Shown here in pieces: positions 56,208-64,000 of a DNA stretch of 64,000 bases. Position numbers and translations under genes: made by a program. Source of the stretch: Malacoraja senta (Eukaryota). Numbering within the stretch: the first letter of the stretch is position 1; every line of letters starts with the position of its first letter. Where the stretch lies: NCBI GenBank assembly GCA_038087875.1, contig CM075992.1, positions 10,356,001 through 10,420,000 of the forward strand, given 5' to 3'. The notes beneath the pieces were generated by a model. The model searched no databases. It was not told the origin of the DNA and saw nothing but the letters and a program-made list of their open reading frames with translations.

Positions 56208-58000
56208 CTAGATTCATAGAGTGATACAGGGTGAAAGCAGGCTCTTCGGACCAACTTGCCCACAACACCCAACTGGTCCCAGATAAACTATCTCCACCTG
56301 CCGCATGCGGCCCATATCCCTTAAATATGTCCAATCCATGTACCTGTCTAACTGCTTCTGAAACGTAGGGATAGTACCTGCCTCAACTACCTCTTCTGGC
56401 AGTGTGATCCATCCCCCCATCCCCCCATACTGTTGCTTGTCATGTACATCAATGATCTGGATGATGGTGTGGAAAATTGGATTGGTAAGTATGCAGATGA
56501 TACTAAGATAGGTGGTGTGCTGGAGAATGAAGTAGATTTTCAAAGTCTACAGAGAGATTTAGGCCATTTGGAAGAGTGGGCTGAAAGATGGCAGATGGAG
56601 TTTAATGCTGATAAATGTGAGGTACTACATCTCGGCAGGACAAATGACAATAGGACGTACATGGTAAATGGTAGAGAATTGAGGAATGCAGTTGAACAGA
56701 GGGATCTAGGAATAACTGTACATAGTTCCCTGAAGGTGGAATCTGATGTAGATAGGGTGGTAAAGAAAGCTATTGGTGTCCTGGCCTTTATAAACCAGAG
56801 CATTGAATATAGAAGTTTGGATGTAATGTTAAAATTGTACAAGGCATTGGTGAGGCCAATTCTGGAGTATGGAGTACAATTTTGGTCGCCTAATTATAGG
56901 AAGGATGTCAACAAAATAGAGAGAGTACAGAGGAGATTTACTGGAATGTTGCCTGGGTTTCAGCAACTAAGTTACAGAGAAAGGTTGAACAAGTTAGGTC
57001 TTTATTCTTTGGAGCGCGGAAGTTTAAGAGGGGACTTGATAGAGGTCTTTAAAATTATGAGCGGGTTAGACAGACTTGACGTGGATAAGCTGTTTCCATT
57101 GAGAGTAGGGAAGATTCAAACAACGGGACACGACTTGAGGATTAAGGGACAGAAGTTTAGGGCTAACATTAGGGGGAACGTCTTTACTCAGAGAGTGGTA
57201 GCTGTGTGGAATGAGCTTCCAGTGGAAGTGGTGGAGGCAGGTTCGATTTTATCATTTAAAAATAGATTGGATGGGTATATGGACGGGAAAAGAATGGAGG
57301 GTTATGGTCTGAGTGCAGGTAGATGGGAATAGGGCGAATTATTTATTTAATTAAAACAAAACGTTCGGCACGGACTTGAAGGGCCGAGATGGCCTGTTTC
57401 CGTGCTGTAATGATTATATGGTTATATGGTTATATGGTGTCGACAATTTAGCCCTTAGATTCCTATTAAATTTTTTCCTTCAATCTTAGACAAATGTCCT
57501 CCGGTCCTCAATTCACCTACAAGCAAGAGATTGTGCTACTACCCGATCTATTCCTCTCATGATTTTATGCACCTCTATATGATCACCCCTCACCCCCCTG
57601 CACTGCAATGCATAGAGTCCCAGCCTAGTCAACCTCTCAATGTAGCTGAAGCACTCTAATCCTGGCAAAATCCTCGTAAATTTACTCTGTGCCCTTTTCA
57701 GCTTGACAACATCTTTCCTGAAACATGGCGTCCAGATCTCAACACAAATACTCTAATGCGGACTTTCCGACGACGTATACAAGTGTAACATGACATCCTA
57801 ACGTCCGTACACAATACTCTGACTAATGAAGGCCAATATTCCATAGACGTATTTGACCATCCTGTTCCTTCAAGGAAACATGCACCAGCATTCTCACGAC
57901 TGCTCAACAAACTCTTCAGATCTCTTCGATTCACTGCGTTGGTCATGCCCATGTTAGACTTTCCATAATGCAACACCTCGCATTTTTTTGTGTTGACATC
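56208..58000 (-). mobile_element. Older CR1 LINE 3' portion split by a younger CR1
   Basis: LPEEVVEAGTI..F..LDRYMD at 56300-56400; decayed RT continues at 57450-58000. Confidence 0.75.
56416..57438 (+). mobile_element. 5'-truncated CR1-clade LINE with an open RT C-terminal frame (56433-57332)
   Basis: YINDLD, KYADDTK, WQMEFNADKC, LVRPILEY, IERVQRRFT; (TTATATGG)n tail. Confidence 0.93.
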
Positions 58001-58554
58001 TGACTGGACAATGGATTAAAATCTTGCTGTACGTTTTGCAAACAATCCTCACTTTCTGCAAAATTGCTGATATTTGCATGATCTGCAAACTTGCTAATGG
58101 TGCCATGTTTGTTCGTATCCATATAATTGATACAGATGTCAATGATTCTTTGACATCTACATTCTCTGTAGCACCCACATCACAGATTTTGCAGCTGAAC
58201 ACCATTGAGTACAGCACAAAACACGGTACCCAATCATTCACGTCAAATGCGGACGTGTGCTGCACTGCAGCGAACGCTGACGTTTGCTCTAAATGCTCGC
58301 GTCAACCTGATAGATTAACATCGAGTAGATTAGTGGAGAAGCGACGAATACAATATTGCGTGCAATGCGTTGGACATGACCCCTGGTGACTAACAGCGTC
58401 GTTATATCCTTTCCCCTTATTCACAATTCGAACCGAATTAGCACAATACAATACAATACCGTTTACTGCCATTTGAACCCCAGATTAAGTTCAATCGAAA
58501 TATGGTTTCTGCAGTCATACAACATGAAAAGATCCAAGACACACACCAACACAA

Positions 58555-59420
58555 TTTTGGTCCCACAACCCCTCCCCGCCCACACACCCCCCTCCACCCA
58601 CAAAGTCACCGCCCCCATACCCCTCCCCCCATAACCCCCTCCCACCACCACACCCTTACCTCCCACAATCCCATCCCCCCCTCAACCCCGTCCGCCCCCT
58701 CAACCCCGTCCGCCCCCATAATCCCCTGCACATTCACCACCCCCCCGCCCACAACCCTCCACGCCATAACCCCCGCCCACACACCATTCCCCGACAACCC
58801 CGCGCGCTCATCCCTCCTCTCCGCTCGCAGACGCCCTCTGCCCCCTTCCCCCGCCCACACACCCCCTCCCACAAACAAACCCCTTCCCAAAACATCCCCC
58901 GCCCTCACAGTCCTACCCTCACAAGCCCCCCGCCCACATATACCTCCTACCCCCACATAACCTCGCACCAACACACTCCCCTCGCCCGCACAACCCTCCC
59001 CCCACCCATACACGTCCCTCCCACAAACCCGTCCCACGTGCCCTCACACCCGTACCCCCGGCTACCAACTCCCCCTCCCGCACACACCCGCCCTCCTAAA
59101 TCCCTCCCCGCCCCTCCCAAACCCCTTCCGCACGCATACACAGCTCCCTTCGCAACCCGCACCGCAACCGCCACAGCCCCCTCTCCCCCTCTCCTCCACA
59201 ACCCCATCCCCCCATACACCACCCTCCTACACTTCCACGCCCACACACGCACACCTCACTTCCTCCCCTCACGCCCCAACCATACTCCCCCCGTCCCTTC
59301 CTCCCATTGCGCACATTAACAGGAGGCGGATGTGTGCTGGGGATGACGGGAGATGAGTCGCGCCAGCGCAGTTAGGGAATGTGGATGAGCGTTGGAAAAT
59401 TGCGTAGGGGGAATATGATG
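58555..59420 (-). mobile_element. Fragment of the Helentron-like family (C-rich low-complexity interior)
   Basis: Reverse complement of 59340-59415 resembles 19900-19965; C-rich tract mirrors the G-rich tract at 19975-20880. Confidence 0.45.
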
Positions 59421-60622
<1,202 letters not shown>

Positions 60623-61286
60623 AAGGCTCCACCGGCGGCTTATTTTTCGGCGCAGGCCACGGCACCATTCCAAGCCACGGGCACCGCCGCCTCTCCCCTC
60701 CATGCACTGATCCAGCCCAGGCCCAGCCACCCCATCAGAGCGCGGGCGGGCCTCGATGAACCTGACACCTGCACGTCCTTGGTTCCATCGGCTGCTTCTT
60801 TTTATGCGCCGGTTGCGGCCGCAACCCAAGCCCCGAGCACGGCTCTCACTCCAGCTCCAGGCTCAAGTCCAGACCAGGCCCAATCGCCGGGTCAGGCCCG
60901 CGGTAGTAGACTTCCCACCAGGGAGCGGACGGGCGTCGACGACCCTGGCACTTGCTCATCCTTGGTTCACCGGCGGTGTATTTTTCGGCGCCGGTCACGG
61001 CCCCATCCCAAGCACCGAGCTTCAAAATGACGTTGGAGAGGTTGAGTGCCTCTCCCACGCGGAGTGTCCCGTCGTGCCTTGCGGGTCGATTGTGACGTCA
61101 GTCGGATATTTTTCTTCCAAATTGGAACTTTGAAAATGTTAATATTTTGATGGGAAAATGGGAAAGCTGTGGCCAAGTGGTGTGGAAGAAGATACAAATT
61201 AAGGAGATTAAAATAAAGCCAACAAAACCCTGCAAACACACATATGTTTAGAATGTTGAGAGAAAATGGAAGAGTTTTAGCATAAT

Positions 61287-61782
61287 ACAAGACCGAGTGG
61301 GACTCGTGGCAAACTAACCAACCCCCACACAGACACACTAATCCCCCCTTGATATTATATGAATATTATTCATTTGCTCCTTTTCCCTCTCATCATTGGC
61401 TTATCCACTCACTCATAGACCCCACATGCGCAGGCGCGGTTAGAGAGGGCGAGGAGGGGGGTAGAGATCGAGAGGGAGGGGGTAGAGAGGGAGAGGGTGA
61501 GCGGTGTAGAGAGGGAGTGCAGAAGGAAGGGGTGGGGTTGAGATTGAGGGGTAGGTGGGGCGCACGGCGTCAAAGGGGTTGGCTGCTCCCCGAAGGCAAT
61601 AATCCACCACTCACCCGTAGGTCCCAATACTCTCCACTCCCTAGAGAGGGGGGATAGAGAGGGAGAGGGGGGCAGAGAGGGAGGGGGCAGAGAGTGAGGG
61701 GGAAGAGAGGGAGTGGGGGCAGAGAGGGAGGGGGCAAACAGGGAGGGAGCAAAAAGGGAGGTTGGATAAAGAGGGAGAGTTC
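61287..61782 (+). mobile_element. 5' part of a Helentron-like element running into the satellite
   Basis: ACAAGACCGAGTGGGAC start (compare 19785); GCAATAATCCACCACTCACC (compare 19909-19927). Confidence 0.45.
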
Positions 61783-64000
61783 ATGCAGCAAGTCCAACCT
61801 CACAGCCAGCAGAGTGCAGGCAGCAAGACCAACCTCACAGCACTCTAAGCAGAGCGCAGCCAGCAATTCTAACCTCATAGCACTCCAAGCATAGCGCAGG
61901 CAGCAAGTCCAAACCTACAGCACCGCAAGCAGAGTTCAGGCAGCAAGTCAAACCTCATAGCACTCCAAGAAGTGTGCAAGTAGCAAGTCAAACCTCACAG
62001 CCAGCAGAGTGCAGTCAGCAAGTTCAACCTCACAGCACTCCAAGCAGAGAGCAGGCAGCAAGTCTAACCTCACAGCACTCCAAGCAGAGTGGAGGCAGCA
62101 AGTCCAACCTCACATCGCTCCAAGCATAGTGCAGGCAGCAAGTCCAAACCTACATCACCCCAAGCAGAATTCAGGCAGCACGTCCAACCTCACAGCGCTC
62201 CAAGCAACTTGCAGGCGGCAAGTCCAACCTCACAGCACTTCAAGCAGAGTGCAGGCAGCAAGTCCAAACTCACAGCATTCGACGCTCAGTGCAGGCAGCA
62301 AGTCCAACCTCACAGCAAGCAGATTGCAGGCAGCAAGTCCAACCTTACAGCACTCCAAGCAGAGTGGATGCAGCAAGTCGGACCTCACAGCACACCAAAT
62401 AATGAGCAGGCAGCAAGTCCGAAGTCACATCAGTACAAGCAGAGTGCAGGCAGCAAGTCTTTGTGTTTTTTTTTCTTCTCTCTTTTTCTTCTCTCTCTTT
62501 TCTTTCTTTACTTCATCTATCTTTTTAGTTCTATCTAGTTTAAAATAAAATAAAAAGGCAAAAGGTATTGGAGACAATGTAATAATAAATGTGATAATAT
62601 TATCAATTTAAAAATGTAAGACTGTAATGGTGTTAATAGGTTATGTACTTATCTCCAATAAAAAATATTTTCAAAAAAAACAAAAAACCTCACAGCACTC
62701 CAAGAAGAGTTCAGGCAGCAGGTCCAACCTCACAGCACTACAAGCAACGCGTAGGCAGCAAATTCAACCTCACAACTCTCTAAGCAGAGAGTGGGCAGCA
62801 AGTCCAACCTCACAGCAATCCAAGCAGAATGCAGGCAGCAAGTCCAAACTCACAGCACACCAAGCAGAGTGCAGGCGGCAAGTCCAACCTCACAGCACTC
62901 CAAGAAGAGTTCAGGCAGCAGGTCCAACCTCACAGCACTACAAGCAACGCGTAGGCAGCAAATCCAACCTCACAACTCTCCAAGCAGAGAGTGGGCAGCA
63001 AGTCCAACCTCACAGCACTCCAAGCAGAATGCAGGCAGCAAGTCCAACCTCACAGCACACCAAGCAGGCAGCAGGAAGCAAGACCGAAGTCACAGCAGTC
63101 GAAGCAGAGGGCAGGCAGCAAGTCAAACCTCACAGCACCCCAAGAAGAGGAAAGGCAGCAAGTCCAACCCCACAGCACTCCATGCAGTGTGCAGACAGCT
63201 AGTCCAACGTCACAGCACTCCAAGCAGAGCACAGGCAGTAAGTCGAACCTCACAGCACTCGAAGCAGATTGCGGGCAGCATGTCCAAACTCACATAAAAC
63301 AGAGTGCAGGGAGAATGTCCAACCTCACAGCACACCAAGCGTAACGCAGGCAGCAGGTTGAACCTCCAAGCACTCCAAGCAGAGAGCAGGCACAAGTCCA
63401 AAGTCACAGCAGTCCATGCAGAGTGCAGACAGCACGTCAAACCTCACAGCACTCCAAGGAGACTGCAGGTAGCAAGTCAAACCTCACGGCCAGGAGAGAT
63501 CAGGCAGCAGGTCCAAACTCACAGCACCAAGCAACGTGCAGGCAACAAATCCAAACTCACAGCTCTCCAATGAGAGAGTGGGCAGCAATTCGAACATCAC
63601 AGCACTCCAAACAGAGAGCAGGCAGCAGGCCCAACCTCACAGCACTACAAGCAAAGTGCATGCAGCAAATCCAACCTCACAGCACACCAAGCAGTGTGCA
63701 GGGTGCAAGTGCAACGTCACAGCCCTCCAAGCAGAGTGCAGGCAACAAGTCCAACCTTACAGCATTCCAAGCGGAGTGCAGGGAGCAGGTCCAACCTCAC
63801 AGCTCTCGAAGCTGAGTGCAGGCAGCAAGTCCAACCTCACAGCACTCCAAGCAGAGAGTAGGCAGCAAGCCCTGCCGCACAGCACTCCAAGAAGTGTGCA
63901 GGCAAATTCCTAACTCACAGCATTCCCAGCAGAGTGCAGGCAGCAAGTCGAACCTCAAAGCTCTCCAAGCAGATTGCAGGCAGCAGGTCGAACCTCACAG
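61783..64000 (+). repeat. 40-bp satellite array, same family and orientation as 1-984
   Basis: Direct reading of monomers. Confidence 0.97.
62460..62686 (+). mobile_element. L1 3'UTR plus poly(A) stub inserted in the satellite
   Basis: Ends GTACTTATCTCCAATAAAAAATATTTTCAAAAAAAACAAAAA, similar to the reverse complement of 39052-39095. Confidence 0.7.

Overview
Eukaryotic, almost entirely repeat-derived window. The repeat families (HER1/HE1-type CR1 tails, skate-type Penelope pLTRs, fish-type L1) point to a cartilaginous fish, probably a skate or ray; this is an inference. A 40-bp satellite lies at both ends in the same orientation. The ~61 kb between contains: (i) several non-autonomous elements with a 5' hairpin and a 3' TAGAT end (Helentron/DINE-like by inference), one split by a 4.2-kb 15-bp minisatellite block flanked by a 13-bp direct repeat; (ii) a near-perfect 3x ~1.93-kb tandem repeat set in GATA arrays; (iii) a possible degraded multi-exon gene for a secreted protein on the minus strand; (iv) L2, CR1 and Penelope elements (with hammerhead motifs) and a 5'-truncated L1 with an intact 1263-aa ORF2; (v) a 22-kb nest: old Tc1 > env-less ERV > two head-to-head DIRS1-type retrotransposons. 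One DIRS carries a 5'-inverted L1 that itself carries a Penelope hammerhead fragment; the other carries an intact Passport-like Tc1 (339-aa DD34E transposase). No intact host gene, rRNA, tRNA or CRISPR array is supported. I found no clearly new biological system. The best candidates for novelty are the twin-primed fish L1, the TSD-flanked minisatellite element, and the link between Helentron-like elements and the satellite/GATA arrays.
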